64,000 bases of DNA from positions 140,087-204,086 of the forward strand of contig CP011213.1 of the NCBI GenBank assembly GCA_001029735.1, read 5' to 3'. Shown here piece after piece: positions 1 to 8,501 of the stretch. Origin of the DNA: Berkelbacteria bacterium GW2011_GWE1_39_12 (GTDB taxonomy: Bacteria; Patescibacteriota; UBA1384; UBA12157). The notes below the pieces were generated by a model. It saw only the letters and a list, made by a program, of their open reading frames with translations, did not search any database and was not told the origin of the DNA. Both the position numbers and the translations under genes were made by a program. Position 1 is the stretch's first letter, and each line of letters begins with the position of its first letter.

Positions 1-179
1 GATTGAAGTCCGATGATCCTGAAGAGTCGGTCAATAACCATGCTTAAAATCATGCCGATGATCCAGCCAATAATTAAAATAATTAATGCGCCGATCAAGC
101 TAGGCAAGAAATTGACAAATCGATCCCAAATATTGAGCCAGCTATCCCCGGCTGTGGTTGCCCAATCACTAATTACCAT
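1..179 (-). CDS. Partial CDS (5' end only; the gene runs off the window start). Multi-pass membrane protein, possibly a small mechanosensitive-channel-like protein.
   Basis: ATG at 179..177 is preceded by an AGAGGTGA ribosome-binding site. Translation MVISDWATTAGDSWLNIWDRFVNFLPSLIGALIILIIGWIIGMILSMVIDRLF is strongly hydrophobic and helical. It is absent from the ORF track because it is truncated. The overlapping + strand ORF 13..201 is judged spurious. Confidence 0.4.
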   Translation of the reverse strand, partial: MVISDWATTAGDSWLNIWDRFVNFLPSLIGALIILIIGWIIGMILSMVIDRLFRIIGLQ

Positions 180-371
180 TTGTCACCTCTTAAAAAAATG
201 ATTAATACACGGATAGATCGACCATCCTATCCACACCTTCAAAATACAAGTAAATTATATAAATTTCAATGTGAAAGTCAACCCCCGATGAGTAATGATT
301 TTGTTTAATCTAATAATAAACTGGTTTCACTGCTTTCATGCTTTCGATTTTACTTTAAAAAAATAGATTTT

Positions 372-2348
372 TTACTTCGCTTTTACGATAAAACTAGTTT
401 TAAATTGCGCACCCTGAACTAAATTTGCAACGCTCCAGGTAATAGTGTTTGTATCTGCGCTATAATTGCCATTATCAGCGGCTGATACAAAAACCACATT
501 ATTATTTAAAGGCATTTTTATCAAAATATTGGAAATATTATAAGCTTTTATATTGTTAAACGTAATATTATAAGAAATTTCTCCACCAGGTGTAACTACC
601 TGTCGATCAGCCGCTAAAGACATCTCAACCACTGGCCATCTGCCAGCTAATTTAAATTGATTGGCTACCGCCGCCAGATCTTTATAACCAATGTCAGGAT
701 CGTCACTCCAAGAAGTATACATGAAACCATCGACGCCATTAAAATCAGTGTCATCAGTTTCGAGCTTATTAAGCGTATTTGCTGCATTGGTAATCGTTTG
801 CATATTATCGTAATAACCGGCAAATATTTGCTTGAATCCCTTATCGTGAAAGAACTTTAAACTATTATAGGAAGGTGAATTACCACTAGAATCAAGTGGT
901 GCTTGCGAACCCTGCCAGTTCATTATTATTGTATTATGATCAAGCCCCAACCATGAATTTGCCATTGATCCATTTACGGTATAGTAAGGGTCTATGGCAT
1001 TGTGATACGGGTCATACATATCGTTCCAGATGTAGAGTTGATAGTTAGGATTTATTTTCTTTAAAATTGACTGGACTTTACTCGTTGTATTGGCAATATA
1101 TTCTCCTGCAGTTGGAACATGCCCAAGATTGAGGTAGCTATTACATCCTGGATCCCAATTGGCTACTCTCCACTCGTCAAAAGAAAGCATCATGCCTTTT
1201 GGTTGGTGGAAAAGATTATCGAGGTTATGTCCAATTTTGTCATAGATATCAAAAGTTTTATCTAAGCAAGCTGAAGCAGGTGGGTAACCATTTGTGTCTG
1301 CCTTCTGAAACCAAGAAACTTTCAAGTGATCCCCCGTCTTAATTGTCGAGCCACTTAAGATGGTAATTAGCCCAGTAGATTTATCGATATTATAATCGAT
1401 GTCTGCGACATACGACTTCGTTTTCCCCAAGTTATTAACGACTATTGGTGATGATGGCCGTTCGATTATAGGCAAAGTAATACCAACTTCGCGGCTAGCA
1501 ACATCGTCAATCCAAATTTTATCACTGCCTATTGGATCAGCCGTAGCATCGCTTTTGAGATCAAAATATAAACCTAAGGAAGTGTTATCGAGAGTATTAA
1601 AGATTAATTTGTACTGAACCCATTCTTGAGTTGGTAAAATTTTCGGACTACTGCCATTTTTTTCTAAGATTTTGATTGGTTTAGAAAAGTTTGCCCCATA
1701 CAAGGTTATATGAAAATCTGATAAATTTGTGACATTCTCCGTTTTAATCCAATAGGTTAGCTCGTAAGCGGAAAATGCTTTAAGATCGGTCAACTTCTGG
1801 TTTACTCTGCGGTAACTCTCTGTCGCTTGCGGATTTGGGTATTGAAATTTAACCGAATTTTGCCCGCTATGACTCGTCTTGGTATCCAAAAACTCTATTG
1901 TCCCACGATTATCAAGTAACCACTCCGGCGGAGCATTTAAATCGGTTGGCGATGGGGCTTCTTCAAAACCAGGATTTTTTACTAAATTAGTACTGTTATT
2001 TGATACGCTTGTTGATCCACCGCTATTTACAATGTAATCTGTATCATACACGGGAAATAACTCCGCCGTTGTAGAATCGACAAAGTATGGGTCGGTCTGG
2101 TTAAATTTTGCTGGGATCAGCTCCAGACCTAACCTTTTGGCCTCATTATAAACTTGCTCAAAACGACCTATATAACCTATAGTATATTGAACAGTTAGAT
2201 AAGCTCCCCCTTTATCCGCTAAAACTATACCAGTATAACCATTTTCAGCCGCCGAATTCATGACTTTCTTCAAATTATCAACGTCTGTTTGACTACTTAA
2301 AGCAGAACGATAGTACACTAATCGCTTATTAAAAAAGTTTCTTTTCAC
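372..2348 (-). CDS. Secreted 658 aa protein with a CBM4_9-like carbohydrate-binding module and a C-terminal DUF11 (conserved repeat) domain.
   Basis: The N-terminus is basic then hydrophobic. The NPGFEE...W...SGQNSVKF segment resembles the GFE..W motif of CBM4_9-type modules. The C-terminal ~100 aa (NYSADTNTITWSVANL...FKTSFIVKAK) is DUF11-like. The architecture matches ORFs 45223..48390 and 12736..14298. Confidence 0.7.
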   Translation of the reverse strand: MKRNFFNKRLVYYRSALSSQTDVDNLKKVMNSAAENGYTGIVLADKGGAYLTVQYTIGYIGRFEQVYNEAKRLGLELIPAKFNQTDPYFVDSTTAELFPVYDTDYIVNSGGSTSVSNNSTNLVKNPGFEEAPSPTDLNAPPEWLLDNRGTIEFLDTKTSHSGQNSVKFQYPNPQATESYRRVNQKLTDLKAFSAYELTYWIKTENVTNLSDFHITLYGANFSKPIKILEKNGSSPKILPTQEWVQYKLIFNTLDNTSLGLYFDLKSDATADPIGSDKIWIDDVASREVGITLPIIERPSSPIVVNNLGKTKSYVADIDYNIDKSTGLITILSGSTIKTGDHLKVSWFQKADTNGYPPASACLDKTFDIYDKIGHNLDNLFHQPKGMMLSFDEWRVANWDPGCNSYLNLGHVPTAGEYIANTTSKVQSILKKINPNYQLYIWNDMYDPYHNAIDPYYTVNGSMANSWLGLDHNTIIMNWQGSQAPLDSSGNSPSYNSLKFFHDKGFKQIFAGYYDNMQTITNAANTLNKLETDDTDFNGVDGFMYTSWSDDPDIGYKDLAAVANQFKLAGRWPVVEMSLAADRQVVTPGGEISYNITFNNIKAYNISNILIKMPLNNNVVFVSAADNGNYSADTNTITWSVANLVQGAQFKTSFIVKAK

Positions 2349-2566
2349 ACTACTTTGAGCATTAGTAGTTCCTGGGGAACTAGAAAATAATAAAATAAAA
2401 AGAAAGAGGAAAATTACCGTTAAATTTTTTATTTTTTTAGTCAGTTTACCCTTTTTGTTTTTAGAACATTTCGATAATTAATATATCAATTGCTATCCTT
2501 AGTATATCGCGACTATAACAAATCGACAATCAAAAATATCATCCAAAAGAGGGATGACATAAAAAC

Positions 2567-2641
2567 TGGTGGACCCGCGCGGATTTGAACCGCGGACCTT
2601 CTCCTTGCAAAGGAGTTGCTCTACCGCTGAGCTACGGGCCC
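2567..2641 (-). tRNA. tRNA-Ala (anticodon UGC), with CCA encoded.
   Basis: The reverse complement reads GGGCCCGTAGCTCAGCGGTAGAGCAACTCCTTTGCAAGGAGAAGGTCCGCGGTTCAAATCCGCGCGGGTCCACCA. It has a 7 bp acceptor stem with the G3:U70 identity pair and the anticodon loop TTTGCAA (anticodon TGC). Confidence 0.85.
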
Positions 2642-2661
2642 CTAAATTTTTTAAAACAGTG

Positions 2662-2690
2662 ATATTAACCGACTAACCAGACTGTCGCAA
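2662..2690 (-). promoter_or_regulatory. Sigma70-type promoter for tRNA-Ala: TTGCGA-17 nt-TAATAT.
   Basis: On the minus strand the -35 box TTGCGA lies at 2690..2685, followed by a 17 nt spacer and the -10 box TAATAT at 2667..2662. This places the transcription start ~14 nt upstream of the tRNA 5' end. Confidence 0.4.
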
Positions 2691-2865
2691 TCACAATCAA
2701 TAGTATAGCAAATAAAACCCAAAATGTATAGGTTCCGCCTGGTCCTAAATATCTTTCAGCCATTTCGTTTTTGCCAACCATGCGGACAACTCTCTCTTTA
2801 TACTTCATGATTAAAATTGCCCCGCCAAGGACGGCAATCCAGACTAAGATTTTGACAAATACCAT
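2665..2865 (-). CDS. Small membrane protein, 66 aa.
   Basis: The ORF encodes two hydrophobic helices (IAVLGGAILI and FAILLIVIATVWLVG). It overlaps the next ORF by ~20 nt. Confidence 0.35.
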   Translation of the reverse strand: MVFVKILVWIAVLGGAILIMKYKERVVRMVGKNEMAERYLGPGGTYTFWVLFAILLIVIATVWLVG

Positions 2866-3296
2866 ACTAAACCTCCTGTTAGAATTAATGTGGTTAATAG
2901 GCCCAAATACCAGTGATCCGGTGAAATATTATAATGAAACCATTCGTGCGTAGAATGCAATTGGGTAAAAAATGGAACTCCCTTTTTCCAGAAATTAAGG
3001 TTATCTAATACATCCACCAAAATTGCGCTAAAACCACCAAACATCATCAGCTTGAACTTTGGCTCCTTATGAAACACTTTATAATAGACAAGGGCTAAAA
3101 TAATGGCCTCACCCAAAACGATCGGATATACCCAAATAGGCTGATAATTTAATGGACGCGTAAAAGTGCCGACATCTAAATGAGGAATTGCATCAAGTAA
3201 AAAATGAGAAGCAACTCCGATAAAAAAGATTGCCCAAGGATTTTTTAGATTCTTAGCAACCACTGTTCCAGTTAAGAGATGTGGTGTTATTGTCAT
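2844..3296 (-). CDS. Polytopic membrane protein, 150 aa, with His-containing motifs; possibly a membrane-bound metal-dependent hydrolase.
   Basis: The protein has four to five predicted transmembrane helices. It carries a conserved-looking HFLLDAIPHLD segment and a HSTHEWFH stretch. Confidence 0.45.
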   Translation of the reverse strand: MTITPHLLTGTVVAKNLKNPWAIFFIGVASHFLLDAIPHLDVGTFTRPLNYQPIWVYPIVLGEAIILALVYYKVFHKEPKFKLMMFGGFSAILVDVLDNLNFWKKGVPFFTQLHSTHEWFHYNISPDHWYLGLLTTLILTGGLVWYLSKS

Positions 3297-3326
3297 AATA
3301 ACATTATAGCAATTAATTAGACGTTA

Positions 3327-3355
3327 TTGAAAACACGGAGGAAATATGTTAAGAT
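3327..3355 (+). promoter_or_regulatory. Sigma70-type promoter for the tRNA-Ile locus: TTGAAA-17 nt-TAAGAT.
   Basis: The -35 box TTGAAA is at 3327..3332 and the -10 box TAAGAT at 3350..3355, with a 17 nt spacer. The same TAAGAT -10 box is used by the putative 16S promoter. Confidence 0.4.
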
Positions 3356-3375
3356 TTAGGAAGCAAAAAATTTTT

Positions 3376-3429
3376 GGGCGATTAGCTCAGTTGGTTAGAG
3401 TTAGTGCCAACTTACCGTTGGCGTCACTG
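3376..3429 (+). other. Partial tRNA-Ile-like copy: acceptor and D-arm 5' half, a 21 nt insertion, then the 5' strand of the anticodon stem.
   Basis: GGGCGATTAGCTCAGTTGGTTAGAG is identical to nucleotides 1-25 of the complete tRNA-Ile at 3467. It is followed by TTAGTGCCAACTTACCGTTGG, which forms a small hairpin, and then CGTCACTGA, which matches the anticodon stem and the first loop bases. Confidence 0.6.
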
Positions 3430-3466
3430 AAAATTTACAACACTTTATTAATTCTCTGGTGGGCGC
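3430..3466 (+). repeat. Left arm of an imperfect inverted repeat enclosing the complete tRNA-Ile.
   Basis: AAAATTTACAACACTTTATTAATTCTCTGGTGGGCGC is the reverse complement, with few mismatches, of the tRNA 3' end plus the downstream spacer (CGCCCACCAGAGAGCTAATAAGAATTGTAAATTTT). The shared core is AAAATTTACAA and 19 of 23 adjacent positions match. Confidence 0.6.
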
Positions 3467-3543
3467 GGGCGATTAGCTCAGTTGGTTAGAGCACGTCACT
3501 GATAATGACGGGGTCGGTGGTTCGAGTCCACCATCGCCCACCA
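3467..3543 (+). tRNA. tRNA-Ile (anticodon GAU), with CCA encoded.
   Basis: The 77 nt cloverleaf has acceptor GGGCGAT/ATCGCCC, D-arm GCTC-AGTTGGTTA-GAGC, anticodon stem CGTCA/TGACG, loop CTGATAA (anticodon GAT) and T-arm GGTGG-TTCGAGT-CCACC, followed by ACCA. Confidence 0.9.
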
Positions 3544-3577
3544 GAGAGCTAATAAGAATTGTAAATTTTGCAACTTT
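3535..3577 (+). repeat. Right arm of the inverted repeat (tRNA 3' terminus plus trailer).
   Basis: This arm is complementary to 3430..3466. Together the arms could form a ~40 bp stem that sequesters the tRNA 3' end in the primary transcript. Confidence 0.55.
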
Positions 3578-3616
3578 ATGACGGGGTCGGTGGTTCGAGT
3601 CCACCATCGCCCACCA
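3578..3616 (+). other. Partial tRNA-Ile copy: 3' half from the anticodon stem through CCA.
   Basis: ATGACGGGGTCGGTGGTTCGAGTCCACCATCGCCCACCA is identical to the 3' half of the complete gene. An intrinsic terminator follows immediately. Confidence 0.6.
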
Positions 3617-3617
3617 A

Positions 3618-3646
3618 GAAAACAGCTTTTAGCTGTTTTTTGTTTT
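3618..3646 (+). terminator. Rho-independent terminator ending the tRNA-Ile transcription unit.
   Basis: The hairpin AACAGCT-TTT-AGCTGTT is followed by TTTTTGTTTT. Confidence 0.6.
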
Positions 3647-3671
3647 GAAAAAATAATTTATATTAGAAGTA

Positions 3672-4148
3672 ATGAAAAAAGTTTATTCGATTTTTTATTT
3701 TTTTCTTATCTTGGCGGCGATTATTTTGATCGCAATATATTTTAGAACTCGAGCGGTTGATCGGAATATCCAAACTGTTTCTATTATGGGTAAAGAGTTT
3801 AAAATTGAATTAGCTAAAAGTTCCTCCGAACATGAAAAAGGACTAATGGACAGAACGCATTTAGATGGAGATGCCGGCATGCTTTTTGTCTTTAAAAAAA
3901 CAGAAATTCAGACTTTTTGGATGAAAAACACTTTGATTCCGTTGGACATTATCTGGATTGATGATGGCAAAATTGTAGACATAAAAACTTTGCAACCCGC
4001 CGGGCAGAGCCCTCTGGGCGGCGCCCCATCAGATAATATTCCTCAATATAAGTCCAAAGCCAAGGCCAATTTCGTACTAGAAATAAACGCGGGACTAGCC
4101 GAAAAATATGGTTTTAAAGTCGGCGACGAAGTTAAGTTTAATTACTAG
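3672..4148 (+). CDS. DUF192 (COG1430) family protein, secreted or membrane-anchored.
   Basis: An N-terminal transmembrane segment or signal peptide is present. The conserved DUF192 core GMLFVF...IPLDIIWIDDGKIVDI is present. Confidence 0.75.
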   Translation: MKKVYSIFYFFLILAAIILIAIYFRTRAVDRNIQTVSIMGKEFKIELAKSSSEHEKGLMDRTHLDGDAGMLFVFKKTEIQTFWMKNTLIPLDIIWIDDGKIVDIKTLQPAGQSPLGGAPSDNIPQYKSKAKANFVLEINAGLAEKYGFKVGDEVKFNY

Positions 4149-4248
4149 AAATCATCCCAAATTGGTTAGATAGATTCCGGATCAAGTCCGGAATGACATC
4201 AGTTATGCAAAAATACGCCAGAAACTAAGGCGTATTTTTGATTATTAG

Positions 4249-5061
4249 CTATTTAAAAGTTACAGTTTTTAATATTGAAGCAGCCTCTTTTACATCTGCC
4301 TGATTAAAATAATCTGCCATAGTCATTTTAAGATAACCGTCTTCATTCACAAAGCCACCGCTCAATTGAGACAAAGTTTTATCTACACCTTTATCACTAT
4401 ACATGGAGTAGAATATACCCTCAGGATTATCACCAGTCTTATAGGCTGCGGTAGTATTTAAACTTGGGCTCCACAATGCGATTTCTCGAGATTTAACCGT
4501 TGTGTTGTTTTGATCCCTTCGTTCAATCTGCACTAACTGAAGATTCGTAAAATTTGCATTTACCATGGAAAGCACATTGTAAAAAAATGTTTTTGGACAA
4601 TTTTCTCCAACATCGCATCCGCCGCCAAGACCATCTATATGTGTCGTGTACTTAATAATATAGTTATTTGGACTTGTAAGAGTAAAGTTTTCAAAAGGAC
4701 CAGTCAATCCGCTTCCCTTATAATCGTTAATAGTTTTATCTGTCGTAACCAATTTCCAAGTTGAAGGATATTGCAACGTTAACCCTTCATATTTTCCTGC
4801 ATAAGTTTTCCAATCGGCGGTGGCGGAAGTTGCCGTGGTTGTGGTAGTAGTTGTTGGAGTGGTTGTGGCGTTCGTAGTAGCCGGTGTGGTCGTTACAGTT
4901 GTCGTTGAAGCCGTTTTACCTGGACCAGAAAGATAATACCAGGCAAAATAACCTCCGGCGATTAAAACAACGATTATTAAAGTTATCCACAGCCATTTAC
5001 TAACGGCGGGCTGAGCCGGCTGCATCGGGCTTTGTTCGCCTGGAATTTGGGGCTGATTCAT
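4249..5061 (-). CDS. Membrane-anchored extracytoplasmic protein with a Thr-rich linker.
   Basis: The N-terminus is Pro/Gln-rich, followed by one transmembrane helix (WLWITLIIVVLIAGGYFAWYY). A TTTVTTTPATTNATTTPTTTTTTT linker precedes the globular domain. Confidence 0.6.
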   Translation of the reverse strand: MNQPQIPGEQSPMQPAQPAVSKWLWITLIIVVLIAGGYFAWYYLSGPGKTASTTTVTTTPATTNATTTPTTTTTTTATSATADWKTYAGKYEGLTLQYPSTWKLVTTDKTINDYKGSGLTGPFENFTLTSPNNYIIKYTTHIDGLGGGCDVGENCPKTFFYNVLSMVNANFTNLQLVQIERRDQNNTTVKSREIALWSPSLNTTAAYKTGDNPEGIFYSMYSDKGVDKTLSQLSGGFVNEDGYLKMTMADYFNQADVKEAASILKTVTFK

Positions 5062-5120
5062 CGAAACTCCTTCAGCACGCTAAAGCGTGATCTACGTTAG
5101 AGAAAGCACTATTATCAATT

Positions 5121-7538
5121 CTATTTTATTTCTTCCAAACCAATTTGAACAGTCTGATGTTCGCCGATTTCGCCTGACAACATTTTTTTAGCTAAAAGAT
5201 TTTCCACTCTTTCTTGAATGACTCGACGCATTGGGCGAGCGCCGAATTGAGGATCGTAACCGATCTGAGAAAGTTTGGCCAAAGCATCTTCCGCAACTTC
5301 GACTGTAATATTTTTATCTTTTAATTGAATATTTAATTGATTAATCATAAGCTGGGCAACTTGCGCTGTTTGATCTTCGGTCAAAGGCTTAAAGACAATA
5401 ACGCCATCAAAACGGTTGATGAATTCAGGGGTAAAAACACCTTTTTGCTGTAAGTCTTCAATCAATAATTCTTTCAAACCATCGGCTTGATTAGCGGCCA
5501 CTTTTTCACGGATTAATTCTGAGCCTGCGTTCGACGTAGCGATAATAATTGAATTGGTAAAATCTAGAACTTTCCCTCGAGGATCCGTCATCCGCCCGTC
5601 TTCAAAGACTGAAAGAAATAAGTTTAAAATATTTTTATCAGCTTTTTCCAACTCATCTAACAAAATCAAAGAAAATGGTGATTCTTCGATAGCGACATTT
5701 AAAATTCCATTTGGATTATTGACTGTACCGATTAATCGATCCAGTGAATTAGCATCTTGATACTCACTCATGTCCAAACGAATCATTTGTTTTTCTGAAC
5801 CAAAGTAGCTTTCCGCCAATGCCTTAGCTGTTTCGGTTTTACCGACTCCAGTCGGTCCCATAAATAAGAAAACACCAACGGGCCTTTTACCTGATGTTAA
5901 GCCTGAACGTGCTCTTCTCAAGGCGTCAGCAACGGCAGTAATAGCATCCTCTTGCCCAATCACGCGCTGATGAAGAAAAGATTCCAAATTAAGCAATTTG
6001 TCTTTCTCTTCTTCTTTAACATCGCCAACCGGCACATGCGCTTTTTTAGAAATTAATTCGTCGATTTGTTTAGTCTGTAAAATAACAAAATTCGTTGAAG
6101 CAAAGGTGACTGCTGCTTCTTGCATCAAACGCAACGCTTTTTCCGGAAATGGGACTTCGTGCATATATCGATCAGAAAGTTTGATTATTTCTTTAAGTAC
6201 TTGGGCGGTAAAAATTGTCTTATATTTATACTCCAAAAGATTCAAGCCTTGCAGCATAATAGCGAAGGTATCTTCGGCGTTGGCCGGTTCGACGTCAATT
6301 TTTTCAAAACTTTCAGCCACTGAACTATTTGACTTAACCCGATCAAAATATTCATCAGGAGTAATTGATGCAATAACTTGAAGACCAGAACTTTGGAGAT
6401 ACGGCAAAATAAACTGGGAAGCATCAATCCCGCCGACCTCTTCCCTTCTATGTTCGTAACCACCTACTAAACTTTGGAAGTTATCGATATATAAAATAAG
6501 ATTACCGGCATTCACCGCATCCGAAAGCGCGCCATTAATTCTTGCTTCCAACTCACCCTGGGCTGCACCTGCCAATAAACTACCGACATCCAACTGCTTT
6601 ATTCTCTTGTAGTGCAAGGCAGAGACACTTTTCCCTTGTGCCATTTTCAAGGCCAAAGCGTTTACAATCGTTTTTTTGCCCACACCTGGCTCGCCAACCA
6701 ATAAAACATTATTCTTCCCAGGCTTGCTTAAAACAGTTTCCATTTCAGATATAATATCGCTATGTCCAAAAACCGCTAAATGTAGATGTGGGTCGGGAAA
6801 ATGTTTGCTTAAATCATAAGAATATCTGGACAAAACTGGCGAATAACCAAAAGACCAATCTTCACCCACGCCGGCAACCAAAGTGTCGTCTTCCCACGAC
6901 CGCTTCGGTTTTTCGTGCATCTTTCTTAACCAATCAAGTAAAGGCTTTATTTCTTTTTCGCTTACCGTAATATCTTTAAGAAACTCTTTGACTGGCTCTG
7001 AACTTTCAACAATTTGTAACATCAAATCTTCAAAAACAATTACTTCGGATTTAATTAATGAAATCAAATTAATTAATTGAGGCGAAAAAGCTGGTTTAAA
7101 ATTTTGCGGACTATTTTTAGACTTTGTTTCATACGAAACACCTAAACGCATCATCATCATTTTACCTTCGTCACAAAGTGAAGCCTTCTGAAAAACATAC
7201 TCTGGTTCAATCTGTTGAATATTTTCTTTTCTGGCCTCGTTAATTAATATTTCGAAATAATCGATGAGAGCTAGATCAAAGCGATTTACGGGGTTACTTT
7301 TGTCTAGGTGATAGATAGTGTACTTCTTTGCTAAGAGATAACTTTGCAAAGAAAGGGCGATGGCTAACAATATTTCACCATAACCAATATTCGTTAGATC
7401 TTGCTTAATAAAAATTAAGATTGCCAATATTATAATCACCAGATTAAAAAAACTGGCAAAGTAAAAAACGTTATCAGAAAAACCCTTTTTTATAAAATAA
7501 TTTCTTCTTTGTTCTGAGTTGAAGTATTCAAACGCCAT
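5121..7538 (-). CDS. ClpA/ClpB-family AAA+ ATPase with two nucleotide-binding domains and an N-terminal two-helix membrane anchor instead of a Clp_N domain.
   Basis: NBD1 Walker A is GEPGVGKKT and NBD2 Walker A is GPTGVGKTETAKALAE. The sensor and arginine-finger regions are Clp-like. The first ~110 aa are hydrophobic (FYFASFFNLVIIILAILIFI and ILLAIALSLQSYLL). Confidence 0.85.
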   Translation of the reverse strand: MAFEYFNSEQRRNYFIKKGFSDNVFYFASFFNLVIIILAILIFIKQDLTNIGYGEILLAIALSLQSYLLAKKYTIYHLDKSNPVNRFDLALIDYFEILINEARKENIQQIEPEYVFQKASLCDEGKMMMMRLGVSYETKSKNSPQNFKPAFSPQLINLISLIKSEVIVFEDLMLQIVESSEPVKEFLKDITVSEKEIKPLLDWLRKMHEKPKRSWEDDTLVAGVGEDWSFGYSPVLSRYSYDLSKHFPDPHLHLAVFGHSDIISEMETVLSKPGKNNVLLVGEPGVGKKTIVNALALKMAQGKSVSALHYKRIKQLDVGSLLAGAAQGELEARINGALSDAVNAGNLILYIDNFQSLVGGYEHRREEVGGIDASQFILPYLQSSGLQVIASITPDEYFDRVKSNSSVAESFEKIDVEPANAEDTFAIMLQGLNLLEYKYKTIFTAQVLKEIIKLSDRYMHEVPFPEKALRLMQEAAVTFASTNFVILQTKQIDELISKKAHVPVGDVKEEEKDKLLNLESFLHQRVIGQEDAITAVADALRRARSGLTSGKRPVGVFLFMGPTGVGKTETAKALAESYFGSEKQMIRLDMSEYQDANSLDRLIGTVNNPNGILNVAIEESPFSLILLDELEKADKNILNLFLSVFEDGRMTDPRGKVLDFTNSIIIATSNAGSELIREKVAANQADGLKELLIEDLQQKGVFTPEFINRFDGVIVFKPLTEDQTAQVAQLMINQLNIQLKDKNITVEVAEDALAKLSQIGYDPQFGARPMRRVIQERVENLLAKKMLSGEIGEHQTVQIGLEEIK

Positions 7539-7902
7539 TTTGTATCGTCCTCATTCCAGAAATAATTAAAACTAAAATAATTGCCGGCATCAGCAGCCAA
7601 ACAATAAAGCCAATTGTCAGCAAGACAAAAACGATTGTGGTTAAAGCTAAACCAATCAAAATAGTAAAAATCCTGACAACAAAACCAATGCAACGAGAAA
7701 AAAGATTATCAACCATGGCTTTAAACCGTGCATCAAGGGAAGCGTTTTCTAAATAAACAACATCTTTTTTCCACGGATCAAAAAGAGTCCGTAACAAAAC
7801 GGCAATACTAAAAGAAGATAAAAATTTCTTTGTAATTATTTTAATCGAACGCCATAGATACAACGGTTCGTCGTAATACCACCAAGAAAAGTAGGTAATC
7901 AT
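7528..7902 (-). CDS. Small polytopic membrane protein, 124 aa, overlapping the start of the Clp ATPase gene.
   Basis: Three hydrophobic helices are predicted. The gene overlaps the downstream Clp ATPase gene by 11 nt, which suggests translational coupling. Confidence 0.45.
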   Translation of the reverse strand: MITYFSWWYYDEPLYLWRSIKIITKKFLSSFSIAVLLRTLFDPWKKDVVYLENASLDARFKAMVDNLFSRCIGFVVRIFTILIGLALTTIVFVLLTIGFIVWLLMPAIILVLIISGMRTIQNGV

Positions 7903-7948
7903 TGGTTCCCACTCCTTTAATATAAGTATAACAATTCTAGGACAAATT

Positions 7949-7979
7949 AAAAAGAGACCCGCAAGGGGGTCTCTTTTTT
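7949..7979. terminator. Bidirectional intrinsic terminator.
   Basis: AAAAA-GAGACCC-GCAAGG-GGGTCTC-TTTTTT has an A-tract on one side and a T-tract on the other. It can terminate ORF 8029..8316 on the minus strand and also works on the + strand. Confidence 0.6.
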
Positions 7980-8028
7980 AAGATACAGAGCTGCTCTATG
8001 GCTAGAAAGCGATAAGCCCTATAGCTGG

Positions 8029-8316
8029 CTAGAAAGCCTGCTCTATATCCATTTTTACTAAAGCTTTTTCTTCATGTCGCTCTCTATCATTTTTATCGAG
8101 CAGACGTAAATGATGCGCTTTAGCGATGATCCAGCTAACACGAAGATTAATTTCGCGCTGATCATCCAAACCTTGGATTGAGTCGATAACCCAAAGAATG
8201 TGGTTTACCTCATCACTGGAATTTTCTCGAGCCGTTGCAAACGGATATCGTCGCAATATCTCAGCCTCGATCACGCTACAAATGATGTTGTAATCTGTGT
8301 GGGTAGCATAGCCCAA
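8029..8316 (-). CDS. Hypothetical protein, 95 aa, in a GC-richer islet.
   Basis: It is an intact ORF with a terminator downstream. Its composition is noticeably GC-richer than the flanking housekeeping genes. Confidence 0.45.
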   Translation of the reverse strand: MGYATHTDYNIICSVIEAEILRRYPFATARENSSDEVNHILWVIDSIQGLDDQREINLRVSWIIAKAHHLRLLDKNDRERHEEKALVKMDIEQAF

Positions 8317-8501
8317 CTATTCCCTCCTTTCTACCCCCAAATTTTTAGCGAACAAAAAAAGGCCGATTTGGTCTTTTTTCCTCCTGTTTGTTAATCACCG
8401 TTAACTGCCTGCTAGGCAGGGTTTTTTCGGCGCTTTATTAGCTTATTTTATATGGAAAACTTTGTCAAGCTGATCAGTTTAAAAAAATAAAAAGCGCCAG
8501 G

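Noticed and set aside
13-201. + strand ORF of 62 aa at the window start.
   Set aside because: It lies antisense to a better-supported minus-strand membrane-protein start (ATG at 179 with an AGAGGTGA ribosome-binding site). Its composition is low-complexity and it has no ribosome-binding site.
3376-3616. Considered a self-splicing group I intron inside tRNA-Ile, or a CRISPR-like array, to explain the repeated tRNA pieces.
   Set aside because: The intervening segment is only ~150 nt and lacks the P/Q/R/S core of group I introns. There are only two partial repeats, with non-uniform spacers and no cas genes, so this is not a CRISPR array. It is reported instead as a nested tRNA, inverted-repeat structure.
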